NCBI GenBank assembly: GCA_965243025.1
Contig: CBDETY010000003.1
Coordinates: 2,368,001-2,432,000, forward strand
Length of the DNA: 64,000 bases
Source of the DNA: Candidatus Latescibacterota bacterium
Lineage (GTDB): Bacteria > Latescibacterota > UBA2968 > UBA8231
Direction: 5' to 3'
Positions 21,257 through 31,327 of the stretch are shown here, piece after piece (the stretch's first letter is position 1; each line of letters starts with the position of its first letter). A model generated the notes under the pieces. That model saw only the letters and a program-made list of their open reading frames with translations. It was not told the origin of the DNA and did no database searches. A program made the position numbers and the translations under genes.

Positions 21257-21267
21257 GGTTTCGGTTC

Positions 21268-21546
21268 CTAGTGGTAGTCGATCAAGTCAACGTCGGTGGC
21301 GTCACCTTCGCCGAAACGGAAGATGATTCGCCAATTGGCGGTAATCGAGATACTCCAAAACCCTTTCAGATTACCCTTCAGCGGATGAAGCCGATACCCC
21401 GGTAACTCAAGGTCCGAAGGCTTTCCGGCCTCATCGAGATCCGCCAGGGCGATGGCGACTCGTTCCGCCAGATCAGCGCCTACTCTGCTTGGATCTCCGC
21501 GTTCATACAACCGCTTCAGGCCAGGATGCCGAAAGGATTGAATCAT
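21268..21546 (-). CDS. higB: HigB family toxin (RelE/ParE superfamily)
   Basis: [14 protein letters not shown]...[10 protein letters not shown]...WSI...NWRIIFRF...DLIDYH. Confidence 0.92.
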   Translation of the reverse strand: MIQSFRHPGLKRLYERGDPSRVGADLAERVAIALADLDEAGKPSDLELPGYRLHPLKGNLKGFWSISITANWRIIFRFGEGDATDVDLIDYH

Positions 21547-21553
21547 TTTTTGG

Positions 21554-21582
21554 AGTGTACCGTGTTCCGGTACGCCTGTCAA
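21554..21582 (-). promoter_or_regulatory. sigma-70 promoter of higBA with embedded operator palindrome
   Basis: TTGACA-17 nt-TACACT on minus strand; GTACCG-N5-CGGTAC palindrome at 21557-21573; -10 ends 7 nt before the ATG. Confidence 0.75.
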
Positions 21583-21701
21583 AACTCACCCTTATGACGG
21601 GAACCACGGCAACTATCCCGGCCTGCATAAACCTGGACCCGATCCGAAGCGGCTCCGCGCGGGTGAGAAATCTGGTCCAGCACCCTTTTGTCTGATCTGG
21701 A

Positions 21702-24700
21702 TCATTCTGCATCTCCCGATGCGAACGGGAGCAGCCACAGCACCCGGTCCGGGGCGCGCCGTTCATCCCCGGGGACGCCGGTCGAGTGCAGGGCGGCCTC
21801 CCCCTGCAGGAAGCCGTGGTTGCCGTGCGGCGACCGGTCCCCCGGCGGGTCCTCCTCCATCGGGAGCCAGGCCACCAGGCCCGGCTCGTCCCCTTTCAGT
21901 CCGCGGCGCATCGACTGCCGGATCTCCTCCTGCGTTCGCGCGATGTTCCAGATCTCGACATCGTCGATGAGAGCGGGAGTGCTGTCCAGGTATCCGCTGG
22001 CTCCGATCCAGACCGGGCTGTCCGTCGAGTTGATGCGCTTGCCCGGGACAGCTCTTTCCGCTGCAAGCTCGCCGTTGACGTAGACCCGCATGCGGCTGCC
22101 GTCGTACGTGCCGGCGTAGTGGGCCCACTCCAGGTACGGAAGCGTGAACCCGCGGATGTTGGTCTGGGTCCGGTCTTCCCAGTGCAGGTGGAACCCGTTT
22201 CCCGGCAGGTGGAGCACGTACGACCAGGAACCCCGCTGGTACCACTTGCCGATGACGGTGCCCCTTTCCCCGAGCCGGTAGACCCAGGCGGCCAGGGTGA
22301 TTTCGTCGGTGATGTCGAGGGACGGGGAGGGCTTCAGCTCGATGTAGCCCGGGGCTGTCTTCGCCGCGGGGCTTTGGGAAAGCACCTCGTGGACCCCGTG
22401 CCCCGGGGGCGCCTCGCGCAGCATGGCCTCGAGGTTCTGGGCGAACCCGGCGCCGGCTTCCCGCAGCAGGCGCCCGATTTCGGGGCGGCCGTGCCTGACG
22501 GCGAGGTCCAGCGGGGTCCATCCCCGGCGGCGCCGGTTGACGAGTTGCGGGTCCGACTCGATAAGGGCCCGCGCCTTCTCGACATCGCCGAGGATGATGG
22601 CGGTGCCGAGGTCGATGGCCGCACCTGCCTCGACCAGAACCAGGATGATGCGGCTGCTGTCCGGCCCGTCGCGGTCCGGTTCGTCGCGGCATTGATCGGC
22701 CGCCCGCATGAGGGCGGTCCGTCCGTCGCTGTCGACGGCGTCGACGCCGGCCCCCCGCTCCAGCAGCAGCGCAGCCATATCCCCGTTGCAGTGGTCGGCG
22801 GCCTCGTGCAGGGGAGTTCCCTCTCCCCCGTGGCCGAGCGGCTTCCACTCGTCGACCCGGGACGGATCCCGTTCGAGCTCCTCACCCAGCCGCTCCCGGT
22901 AGTCGAGCATGACCAGATGGACGAGGTCGAAGCGCCCCCCTGCGGCGATCAGCAGGTCCAGGCAGTCGAGGTAGCGCTTGCCCATGACGTGCGAGCCCTC
23001 GTGGGCGGTTGCGGAGACGACGCTGTTCCCGGTCGAGCTGACGTAGTCGGGATCGCCGCCGTGCTCAAGGTACAGCTGGACGAGAGGCGGGCTGCCGAAG
23101 AAGCCGGCGTACCCGAGGGCCGACTCGCCCGATCCCCGGGCCTGGCCTCCCTCGGCGTTGACGTCCGCGCCGCGCGCGATCAGCAGGCGGGCGATCTCGA
23201 CGTCTTCGGCGCTGGTGCCGTACGCCCCGACGATGCGGTGCAGGAAGGTGCTGCCGGCGGCCGGCGCGTCCGGGGACAGGATCCGGGATGCCGCCAGTCC
23301 CGGGTCGCGCTCGAGCAGGGCCTCCGCTGCGGCCACGTCGTTCCGGTCGGCGGCCATGGCCAGCGCCAGCTGCGCGGCGACCTCCTCGGCGGGACGGGAC
23401 GGGTACTCCTCCCCGCCGTCGAAGGTGAACCCCTCCATCGCGACGTCCCGCAGCCCGACCGAAAACAGGCCTTCGTCCGCCCCCGGCCGCTCGTAGTACT
23501 GGATGAAGGGGCGCAGCGCCAGGCCGAAGTGCGCTTCACCGGCAACCCGCGTGCTGTCCGCACCGGCTCCCAGCAGGGTCACGCCGCTGACGAGCTCGAG
23601 CGGCTGACTGTAGGTGCCGGCTGCGAGTCGTACGGTGTCGCCTCTGCTGCTCGCATTCAGCGCTTCCCCTATGGTTCGGAACGGACGCTCCTCCGATCCG
23701 TCGCCGCCGACCTGCGCATCGTCGTCGACGTACCAGTGCGCACCGCCATGCTCGATCTCCATCCGTGCGATACGCCCCGCGCGTTCTTCGGCGAGGTCGA
23801 GGTCGCCCACCTCGGCGATGGCGATATCCCCCCTGTGGGACTCGAAGACGAGCCTGCCGCCGTCCGGGGACCACCTGGGCCCGATGTGCCCCGCGGTCGA
23901 GTCGGTCAGCTGAACGAGGGGGCCTCCCGCAAACGGGATGGCGTACAGGTTGAACGGCCCCTGGTCGCGGGCGGTGAAAGCGATCCAGCGGCCGTCGGGA
24001 GACCACGCCGGATTGTAGCTGTTCTGCGCCAGGGAGGTCAGCCGGCGCACCTCGCCGCCGGCCGCCGGTATCGCCCACAACTTGGCATACCCCTCCTCGC
24101 CGTGCGCGTTGAAGGCGATCCAGCGGCCGTCCGGGGACCAGTCCGGATCCCAGCCTCTCAGTCCATGCGTATCGAGCTGTCTTCTGTCACCCCCGGCCGC
24201 GGAGGCGATCCAGAGCTCATACCCACCTCGCGACCCGGTAAAGACGATCTCATTGCCGTCAGGGGACCAGCCGGCCGGGAGGGCATGAGAAATGACTGCG
24301 TCCTCATCCTTCGTGATCTTGATCAGGCTGCTTTCACCGGAGAAGGGGGCCACCGTCCACAGGTTCCAGCGCCCGCCGCGGTCGGAGGCGAAGAGCAGTT
24401 TGCCGCCATCGGGAGACCACCTCGGCACGCGGTCGTTCCCCAGGTCTGAGGTGATGCGCACAGGGTCGCCCCCGGAGACCGGTTTGATCCAGATGTCGCG
24501 ATTGCCTTCATGGTTTGCGCCGTAGGCGATCCACTTGCCGTCGGGCGACCAGTCGGCGTGCTCTTCGCGCACCGGCAGGGCCGCGAATTCACTGATCGGA
24601 ACGTCGCCGGCGATGTCGAAGTCGGCCGAGGATCGATAGACTGGCTGGGCCGCCCCGGCAGCGCGCAGAAGCTCGACGACGCCGCCGCACTCGTCTCCCT

Positions 24701-26999
24701 GACCGAGCGCTGCCTGGAGCGGTGTCCTGCCGCTGTCGTCGAGGGCGTTCACGTCCGCGCCTCCCTCCAGCAACAGCCGCGTCGCTGCGGCGATGCACTG
24801 GTCGGCTGCCTCGTGCAGCGGTGTGCCCCGCCCCCCCCTTTCCAGTGGAATCGGTCCGTTGACTTGGGCGGGGTCCTTGTCGAGGTCCGCCTCGAGCCGC
24901 CCGTTGTGCTCGAGCATGACCAGGTGACCGAGGTGGTAGCGGCCGCCCGCATTCACCAGCGCCTCGAGGCAGGGGACATAAGTAGAGGAGCCTCCCGCCC
25001 GGGATCCTTCGCGCGCCGCCGCGTCGACAGGCGTGATGCCGGTGGAGCCGGCGCGGTTGGGATCGGCGCCGTGCGCGAGATACAGCTCGACCAGCCGCAG
25101 GTCGCCGAAGAAAGCGGCGTACCCCAGCGCCGACTCTCCGGCGCCGCGGGCCTGACCCCCTTCGGCATTGACGTCGGCCCCGTGCTCGATCAGCAGGCGG
25201 GCGATCTCGTACTTCCCGTCGCTGGCGGCTTCGGACATGCTGACGGCGCGATGCAGGAAGGTGCTGCCCCCGGCATGGGCATCCGGGGACAGGATGGGCG
25301 CCGCGGCCAGGCCGGGACTGCGGGCCAGCAGGGTCTCGACCGCGGCCACGTCCTCCCCGTTGATCGCCATCACCATGGCCAGCACGTCGGCGACCTCTTC
25401 GGCTGGGCGCCGCGGGTACTCCTCTCCGCCGTCGAAGGCGAACCCTTTCATGACGACGTCCCTCAAGGCGATGGCGCGCAGCGCCACCTTTTCGCCGGGT
25501 CGGGTGTGGTAGCGGATGAAGGGACGCACCGCCAGCCAGAAGTGGGCTTCACCGGTCACCGTTGTCTTGTTCGAGCCGGCCCCCAGAAGCGTCACGCCGC
25601 TGACGGGTTTCACCGGGTGATCGTAGGTGCCCGGCGCCAGGCGGACGGTATCGCCGTAGCTGGCCGCGTTCAGGCCTTCCCGAATGGATCGGAACGGCCG
25701 CTCCCGGGTGCCGTTTCCCCCCGGTGGGGCGTCGTCGTCGACGTGGAACTGCGTGCCGAAATCCGCGAACTGCAGGTCGAGGACCTTCTGCTCCCCGTCG
25801 GCAAGAGCCACTGCCGCCGGGTGCACCCCGGCTCCCCGGCCGGAACCCAGCTCGTACGAACCCGAAGGCAGATCGAACCGGTACCGACCCGTCGAGTCGG
25901 TTCGGGTCATCGCCACCAGGCGGCCACCGGCGGAAACCGCCAGGTCGACCCCGCCCGCCGCCCGGTCTCCGGCGCGAACCACGCCGCCCAGGCCGGTCAG
26001 GGACAGGTCTGCGACGTCGATCGCCCCGAGTGCGCTCACGTCGGCGATATCGATACCGGAGCCGTCGAAGACGAGCCGCCTGCCGTCGGGGGACCAGCGC
26101 GGGCCCGTATGCCGGCCATCCGAGGCGGTCAGTCGCAGCGGAGACCCTCCCGCGAACGGCGCCGCCCACAGCTGGAAACCCCCCGCCCCCTTCGAACAGA
26201 AGGCGATCCAGCGGCCGTCGGGAGACCAGCTGGCGTTGTAGCTCTTCTGCTGAAGGGAGGTGACCCTTCGCAGCGCGCCGCCGATCATGGGAACCGCCCA
26301 GATCTCGCTCCACCCGCCGCGGTCGGAATTGTAGACGATCCATCTTCCGTCGGGAGACCAGTCGGGGTCGGAACCGTTGTACCCATCCGGGAGGAGCCTG
26401 CGTTTCTCACCGCCGACGGAAGGGATGACCCAGAGCTCGCGGGTCCTGCGCTGGGAAGCGAAAACGATCTCGCGCCCGTCGGGCGACCAGCCGGCGGGGA
26501 GTGCATGCGGTGGTACGAGGTCGTCTTCGTCGGCAGTGATCCGCACCGGTTTCGCTTGCGACCGGAACGGCTCGATGGTCCACAGGTTCCAGGCGCCGTT
26601 GCGGTTGGAGGCGAAGAGCAGTTTCCGACCGTCCGGAGACCATCGAGGGACCCGGTCCCACGCCGGATCGGTGGTCAGGCGAATGCGCTCTCCGCCGGCG
26701 GCCGGTTCGATCCAGATGTCGTAGTTGCCGCCGTGCATGACGCCGCAGGCGATCCACTTGCCGTCGGGCGACCAGTCGGCGTGGAACGTGTTTTCTCCGG
26801 GACGCGCGGAGAACTCGCTGATCGGAACGTCGCGGGCGATGTTGAAGCCGGCCGGGGATCGATTGACCGGCTCAGGCGGGGTCGCTCCGGCAGGGCCGGC
26901 GTACGGGGCCGGAATCAGCGGGGCGAGCGCGGCGGGCAGCAGGAAAAGGCGGACCAGGGCGGTTCCCAGGAACCGGTTGCGAGCATTGATGATGTTCAT
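21702..26999 (-). CDS. Large secreted protein: two TolB-like/PD40 propeller + DUF1565-like + ankyrin modules, C-terminal LamG-like domain
   Basis: Many WSPDG repeats, two VDDDA..GG.G..ERPF.I.E.LNA segments, ankyrin repeats (GTPLHEAA, GADVNA), LamG-like AGTYDGSRMRVYVNG...IDDVEIWN; GAGGAG RBS before ATG 26999. Confidence 0.82.
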   Translation of the reverse strand: MNIINARNRFLGTALVRLFLLPAALAPLIPAPYAGPAGATPPEPVNRSPAGFNIARDVPISEFSARPGENTFHADWSPDGKWIACGVMHGGNYDIWIEPAAGGERIRLTTDPAWDRVPRWSPDGRKLLFASNRNGAWNLWTIEPFRSQAKPVRITADEDDLVPPHALPAGWSPDGREIVFASQRRTRELWVIPSVGGEKRRLLPDGYNGSDPDWSPDGRWIVYNSDRGGWSEIWAVPMIGGALRRVTSLQQKSYNASWSPDGRWIAFCSKGAGGFQLWAAPFAGGSPLRLTASDGRHTGPRWSPDGRRLVFDGSGIDIADVSALGAIDVADLSLTGLGGVVRAGDRAAGGVDLAVSAGGRLVAMTRTDSTGRYRFDLPSGSYELGSGRGAGVHPAAVALADGEQKVLDLQFADFGTQFHVDDDAPPGGNGTRERPFRSIREGLNAASYGDTVRLAPGTYDHPVKPVSGVTLLGAGSNKTTVTGEAHFWLAVRPFIRYHTRPGEKVALRAIALRDVVMKGFAFDGGEEYPRRPAEEVADVLAMVMAINGEDVAAVETLLARSPGLAAAPILSPDAHAGGSTFLHRAVSMSEAASDGKYEIARLLIEHGADVNAEGGQARGAGESALGYAAFFGDLRLVELYLAHGADPNRAGSTGITPVDAAAREGSRAGGSSTYVPCLEALVNAGGRYHLGHLVMLEHNGRLEADLDKDPAQVNGPIPLERGGRGTPLHEAADQCIAAATRLLLEGGADVNALDDSGRTPLQAALGQGDECGGVVELLRAAGAAQPVYRSSADFDIAGDVPISEFAALPVREEHADWSPDGKWIAYGANHEGNRDIWIKPVSGGDPVRITSDLGNDRVPRWSPDGGKLLFASDRGGRWNLWTVAPFSGESSLIKITKDEDAVISHALPAGWSPDGNEIVFTGSRGGYELWIASAAGGDRRQLDTHGLRGWDPDWSPDGRWIAFNAHGEEGYAKLWAIPAAGGEVRRLTSLAQNSYNPAWSPDGRWIAFTARDQGPFNLYAIPFAGGPLVQLTDSTAGHIGPRWSPDGGRLVFESHRGDIAIAEVGDLDLAEERAGRIARMEIEHGGAHWYVDDDAQVGGDGSEERPFRTIGEALNASSRGDTVRLAAGTYSQPLELVSGVTLLGAGADSTRVAGEAHFGLALRPFIQYYERPGADEGLFSVGLRDVAMEGFTFDGGEEYPSRPAEEVAAQLALAMAADRNDVAAAEALLERDPGLAASRILSPDAPAAGSTFLHRIVGAYGTSAEDVEIARLLIARGADVNAEGGQARGSGESALGYAGFFGSPPLVQLYLEHGGDPDYVSSTGNSVVSATAHEGSHVMGKRYLDCLDLLIAAGGRFDLVHLVMLDYRERLGEELERDPSRVDEWKPLGHGGEGTPLHEAADHCNGDMAALLLERGAGVDAVDSDGRTALMRAADQCRDEPDRDGPDSSRIILVLVEAGAAIDLGTAIILGDVEKARALIESDPQLVNRRRRGWTPLDLAVRHGRPEIGRLLREAGAGFAQNLEAMLREAPPGHGVHEVLSQSPAAKTAPGYIELKPSPSLDITDEITLAAWVYRLGERGTVIGKWYQRGSWSYVLHLPGNGFHLHWEDRTQTNIRGFTLPYLEWAHYAGTYDGSRMRVYVNGELAAERAVPGKRINSTDSPVWIGASGYLDSTPALIDDVEIWNIARTQEEIRQSMRRGLKGDEPGLVAWLPMEEDPPGDRSPHGNHGFLQGEAALHSTGVPGDERRAPDRVLWLLPFASGDAE

Positions 27000-27091
27000 C
27001 CCCGTCTCCTCGTTATTTCCTCTCGGTGTTTCCCGCCTCAGGTCTCGAGTCCTCGTTGGCGAAACCATACAGAAAAGGCGGTCCTGCTCCC

Positions 27092-28258
27092 TCAAGGCTC
27101 CTGCGGCAGCCTGTCGATCACCGAAATCGTGCGGTCGGAGTTGGCGACGTAGACGAAACGCCCGTCCGGACTGACCAGGGCGATTGCAGGCGAGCTGCCG
27201 ACCGGAATGGTGGCGGCAACCTCGTGCGTCTCCAGGTCGATCGCGGACACGGTCTCGTCGATCAGGTTGGCGACGTAGAGAGTCTCGCCGCCGGGCGTCA
27301 TCCCGACGGTTCCCGGAAAGCGGCCCGCGGGAATCGTCTCCCTCACCGCAGCTGCCGGCACGTCCCATACGGAAACGTAGTCGCTGTCCGGCAGGGCTGC
27401 GTACACCAGGTCGCGGTCCGGGTGAACGGCGAACGAGGGATACGGGCCGAGGCGGACGGCGAGATCGGCGGCGACCTCGAGGGATGCAGTGTCGACGACG
27501 ATGAGGGCGCCGGCCCCGGCGTACCCGACGTACAGGCGGCTGCCGTCGCGCGAGGAGCGGACCGCGGCGTACCCCGACTGCGCAAGACCGGTGCCCACCG
27601 TCTTCGTCACCTCCCGGGCCGAAAGATCGACCACCGCGATTTTCGAGCTGTCCCAGCCGACGGCGAATCCCCGCCGGCTTCCCGGGGGAATGAACATTCC
27701 CAGCGGCCGCAGCCGGTCCGGGATCGGGACGGCGCCGACGACCTCGTTGCTCGAAGTGCTTATCACCGAAATGTCCTCGGCGTTGGCGCCGCTGCCGTCG
27801 ATGTTGGCGACGTAGGCGAACCTGCCGTCGGGCGAGATCGAGATCCCGCCCGGCCCGCGGCCCACGGGGATCACCCTCGATACCTGGTTGCCGGAGGTGC
27901 TTATGGCGATTATCTCGTCGGTCTGGTTCTGGTTGACGTAGAGCGAGCGGCCGTCGGGTGTAATCGCCAGGTCGCAGTCGAGGAACCCGGTACCCGTGGT
28001 CTCTGTCTCCCCCAGGTCGATGGTTTCGACGACCTCGTGCGAGCGCCCGTCCACGACCGAAACGAAGTGGCCGTAACAGTTCATCACGTAGAGGGTCCCG
28101 CTGTCCGGGGTCATGATCCCCTCGGAGAACTCGAGCGGGATCGAAGCGACCACCCTGCCGGCGTCATACTCCGGGCTGGCAACCGGGGAGCGCCCCTCGT
28201 CACACCCCCACGCCAGCAGTGCGAGCCCGAATACGGGCAGCCATTGTTTATTCCCCAT
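27092..28258 (-). CDS. YVTN/YncE-type beta-propeller lipoprotein
   Basis: Lipobox AWGC; repeats TPDGRSLYV, SPDGRFAYVAN, TPGGETLYVAN, IPVG. Confidence 0.85.
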   Translation of the reverse strand: MGNKQWLPVFGLALLAWGCDEGRSPVASPEYDAGRVVASIPLEFSEGIMTPDSGTLYVMNCYGHFVSVVDGRSHEVVETIDLGETETTGTGFLDCDLAITPDGRSLYVNQNQTDEIIAISTSGNQVSRVIPVGRGPGGISISPDGRFAYVANIDGSGANAEDISVISTSSNEVVGAVPIPDRLRPLGMFIPPGSRRGFAVGWDSSKIAVVDLSAREVTKTVGTGLAQSGYAAVRSSRDGSRLYVGYAGAGALIVVDTASLEVAADLAVRLGPYPSFAVHPDRDLVYAALPDSDYVSVWDVPAAAVRETIPAGRFPGTVGMTPGGETLYVANLIDETVSAIDLETHEVAATIPVGSSPAIALVSPDGRFVYVANSDRTISVIDRLPQEP

Positions 28259-28287
28259 GATCCAGCAAAGGTAAGCCGGAGACGGTC

Positions 28288-29517
28288 ATGAGCCTGCAAG
28301 CAGAGGCCGGGCGCAGCCGCCCGGATTTCACCCTGTTCGTTCCCCCTGAGGGGGAGGCCGGCGTCGAGCGGAACAACATGCACCTCGTCGTCACCCCCCT
28401 GCCGGACGGGGACTTCCTGGCGACCTGGACCCAGGCGAGCGAACCCCACGGCCCGGACCAGCGCGTGGTGGTGGCGCGCTCCGGCGACTGCGGCCGCACC
28501 TGGAGCCCCCCCGAGGTGATCGACGGGCCCGAGCCGGGCACCGAAAACATCGCCAGCTGGTCGATGCTCGTGCCCGTTCCCGGCGGCAGCAGGGTCTACT
28601 GCCTCTACCACAAGAACACCGGCATCGTCGACTACGACCGCGCCATGACCGGGGTGCTGGCCTGGCGCTGCTCCGAGGACGGCGGCCGCACCTGGGGTGA
28701 GCGCTTCCAGGCCCCGATCGGGCGCGGGGCCGTCGACCACAGCGACTCCTCCGTCCCGGGCAACTGGGTTACGGCGGGCTGGCAGCATCCCATCGCCGCC
28801 GGCAGCGGTCTGATCCTCCCCGTAACCCGCTGGGCGAGCCGCGAGCACCGCTTCCGGGAAGGGTTCGCCGACCAGCACCACGAGGGCTGGTTCCTGCGCT
28901 TCGACAACATCCTCGAGGAAGCGGATCCCTCGCGGCTGTCGATCACCACCCTGCCCCGGGGGGACCGCGGCATCCGCATACCGTCCCCTTCCGACCCGGA
29001 GGTCAGCGCCGCCATGGAGCCGGCGGTGCAACCCCTGGCCGGAGGCCGCCTCGTCTGCCTGCTGCGCACCGTGACCGGCTTTGTCCACTACTCCCAGTCC
29101 GGGGATCTCGCCGAATCCTGGAGCGAGCCCAGGCCTCTCTGTTTCCACCCCGGCGGCCCCCGGGTGCCGCATCCGAACGCCCCGGTCGGCTTCCACCGGA
29201 TGGCGGACGGCCGCTTCCTGCTGCTTTTCCACAACAACGACGGCACCGCCAACGGCTGCAGCGGTCCGCTCGACTGGAAGGCGCGGCGGCCGGTCTACGC
29301 CAGCGTCGGCAGCGAGATCGACAATCCCGGGGGGCAGCCGCTGGCCTTCACGGAACCGCGGTTCTTCTACGACAACGGCGGCCCCGAGCGGCCGTATGCC
29401 GGGTCGCTGGCGCTCTACGGAACCTTCTTCGAGCACGACGGCGTCCGCTACTGGTGGTACCCGGACGCCATCCGCTTCCTGCTCGGGCGCGTGGTGCCGG
29501 ACGACCTGGTGGCTTGA
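28288..29517 (+). CDS. Sialidase-like / BNR (Asp-box) repeat protein
   Basis: Asp boxes SGDCGRTW, SEDGGRTW, SGDLAESW. Confidence 0.75.
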   Translation: MSLQAEAGRSRPDFTLFVPPEGEAGVERNNMHLVVTPLPDGDFLATWTQASEPHGPDQRVVVARSGDCGRTWSPPEVIDGPEPGTENIASWSMLVPVPGGSRVYCLYHKNTGIVDYDRAMTGVLAWRCSEDGGRTWGERFQAPIGRGAVDHSDSSVPGNWVTAGWQHPIAAGSGLILPVTRWASREHRFREGFADQHHEGWFLRFDNILEEADPSRLSITTLPRGDRGIRIPSPSDPEVSAAMEPAVQPLAGGRLVCLLRTVTGFVHYSQSGDLAESWSEPRPLCFHPGGPRVPHPNAPVGFHRMADGRFLLLFHNNDGTANGCSGPLDWKARRPVYASVGSEIDNPGGQPLAFTEPRFFYDNGGPERPYAGSLALYGTFFEHDGVRYWWYPDAIRFLLGRVVPDDLVA

Positions 29518-29983
29518 GGCGTCTCCCGGGAACCTTCGTCGATTCGGCCCTTCAGGGTTAAAGCCTGGCATGGTCCTGAGATTCAGTCTTCGGGCACCCG
29601 GGATTTTTTAGTGCAAGCTTTAGCCATCTGCGGCGGGCTGCTAAAGAGTCTTCAGCTCCGGATTGGCCAATCGCGTTACCCACGCCGGACATGCGGGGCC
29701 ATTTCCAGGACAGGGAAAAATCTCGAACAAAGCGGCCAGATTTTGTCCCCTTGTACTTAATTCCTGCTCCTGTCTTTCATTGCTGCCTTTTTTCAATCTC
29801 CGCATTCAAGCGCAGGCCGGCATTGAACCCTGTCGATGCGAAGCACGCTGAATGGTGTCGGTGTATGGGACGGCCTGATGGTCAGGGTGGCTGAATGCAA
29901 AAATTGAATTTGACCTGCCGTACCCATCCTGACTAGGATACTGGCCGTGCAGAGGTTGGCCCTGCATTCCAGTCAGAGGTGCC

Positions 29984-31327
29984 ATGATGCTTCGATCCCT
30001 TTCCCTCGTCATGGTGCTGACCGCAATGGCTGCGCCCGCTGCTTCAGCGCAGCCCTTCCCTGCGGCAGCCCCGGAAACCGACACCACCGACGTCTACGAG
30101 ACCCGGCGCAATCACGTTCTCGCATTCCCGAAGTACGTCTGGGACGCGCTGGTCTTCCCGATCGGCAAGTTCACCATCTGGCTCGAGCGGAAGGAGATTC
30201 CCCAGCGGGTGATCGAGATGTTCACCTTGGAGGATGTCTTCGAGGTGTATCCGTATGGGACCCTGGGCGGAGAGACGGGAACGGCCGGCGGCGTTTCATT
30301 GCTTTACGGCGACCTGTTCGGCCGCGGCAAAGGGATCTCGACCAGCTTCATCGCCAACTCCTCCAACTACAGCGGATTCGTCCTGTTCGAGGACCCGGGG
30401 ATCGGCGGCGGTCCCTGGTACTGGAACGCCTCTCTCGAGGCGCTGAAGACGGGGAACGAGAACGCCACCATAAACGGCGAGCTGCGCAAGTCGGGGTCCC
30501 TGCTCGAGCACGAGCAGCGTGATACGAGGCTCACCCTCGGGCGCCGCTCCAACTACGGGGTGACCGAAGGGTACGAACCGGATGCCGTCGTCGAGCTGCG
30601 GCTGTCCCACGGCTTCCGCAAGTTCGCCTCCGGAGATCTCCACCCCGGCCGCTTTCCCGGCCTGAACCGGGCGATCAACCTGTTCTCGGTCGGCGCCATG
30701 GCCGCCTTCGACGACCGGGACTTCAAACCCCCTGCCGCCTCGATCAGTCTTCCGCTGAACTACCAGCTGCCGGGGCGGGTGCTGCTTTTCGCCGACGACC
30801 GTTACTACAGCTTTCGCGACACCGCCTTCCCCGAGCACGGCGGGTTCGCCCGCGTCGAGGCCGACTACGCAACCGGCTCCGATGACGTTCGCTACTTCCG
30901 CTACACTGCGGAGCTTCAGCGCTTCTTCACCCTGTTCTTCAGGGACCGCATCCTCGGTATCCGGGCCCGGCTCGACAGGGCGCACGCCCTCGGAGACGGC
31001 GGCATCGTCCCCTACTCCGACATGCCCGACCTCGGGGGAGGCGACCGCCTGCGCGGGTACCGCCGCGGGTTCTTCCGCGGCGCCGGCAGTCTGCTGTTGA
31101 GCGCCGAATACCGCTACCCGATCTGGGACACCTGGAACGCCTTCCTCTTCCTGGAGGAAGGGCAGGTGTTCGACAGGTACGGCGACATCGAACCGGGCCG
31201 GTTCGAGTACAGCTACGGCGCCGGCATCAGCGTGCGCACCGAGCGCGCCTTCCTGTTCGGGGTGCGCATCGCCCGCAGCAGGCAGGAGAAGGCGTTGACC
31301 GGCTTCTCGCTGGAAAAGGAGTTCTGA
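29984..31327 (+). CDS. Omp85/BamA-TamA family outer-membrane beta-barrel, no evident POTRA domains
   Basis: Signal peptide (ASAQ), LGGGDRLRGYRRGFF (VRGY/F loop), SAEYRYPIW, YSYGAGI, C-terminal Phe. Confidence 0.82.
   Translation: MMLRSLSLVMVLTAMAAPAASAQPFPAAAPETDTTDVYETRRNHVLAFPKYVWDALVFPIGKFTIWLERKEIPQRVIEMFTLEDVFEVYPYGTLGGETGTAGGVSLLYGDLFGRGKGISTSFIANSSNYSGFVLFEDPGIGGGPWYWNASLEALKTGNENATINGELRKSGSLLEHEQRDTRLTLGRRSNYGVTEGYEPDAVVELRLSHGFRKFASGDLHPGRFPGLNRAINLFSVGAMAAFDDRDFKPPAASISLPLNYQLPGRVLLFADDRYYSFRDTAFPEHGGFARVEADYATGSDDVRYFRYTAELQRFFTLFFRDRILGIRARLDRAHALGDGGIVPYSDMPDLGGGDRLRGYRRGFFRGAGSLLLSAEYRYPIWDTWNAFLFLEEGQVFDRYGDIEPGRFEYSYGAGISVRTERAFLFGVRIARSRQEKALTGFSLEKEF

Noticed and set aside
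26999-27368. N-terminal extensions given by the ORF track (1888-aa, 1485-aa, 595-aa, 389-aa nth, 407-aa PP2C versions)
   Set aside because: Extensions overlap neighbouring genes or lack an RBS; downstream starts with RBS, signal peptide or stop-start coupling fit better.
29520-29660. SRP RNA, 6S RNA, glycine or c-di-GMP riboswitch
   Set aside because: Diagnostic conserved motifs were not found by eye; kept only as a low-interest structured region.
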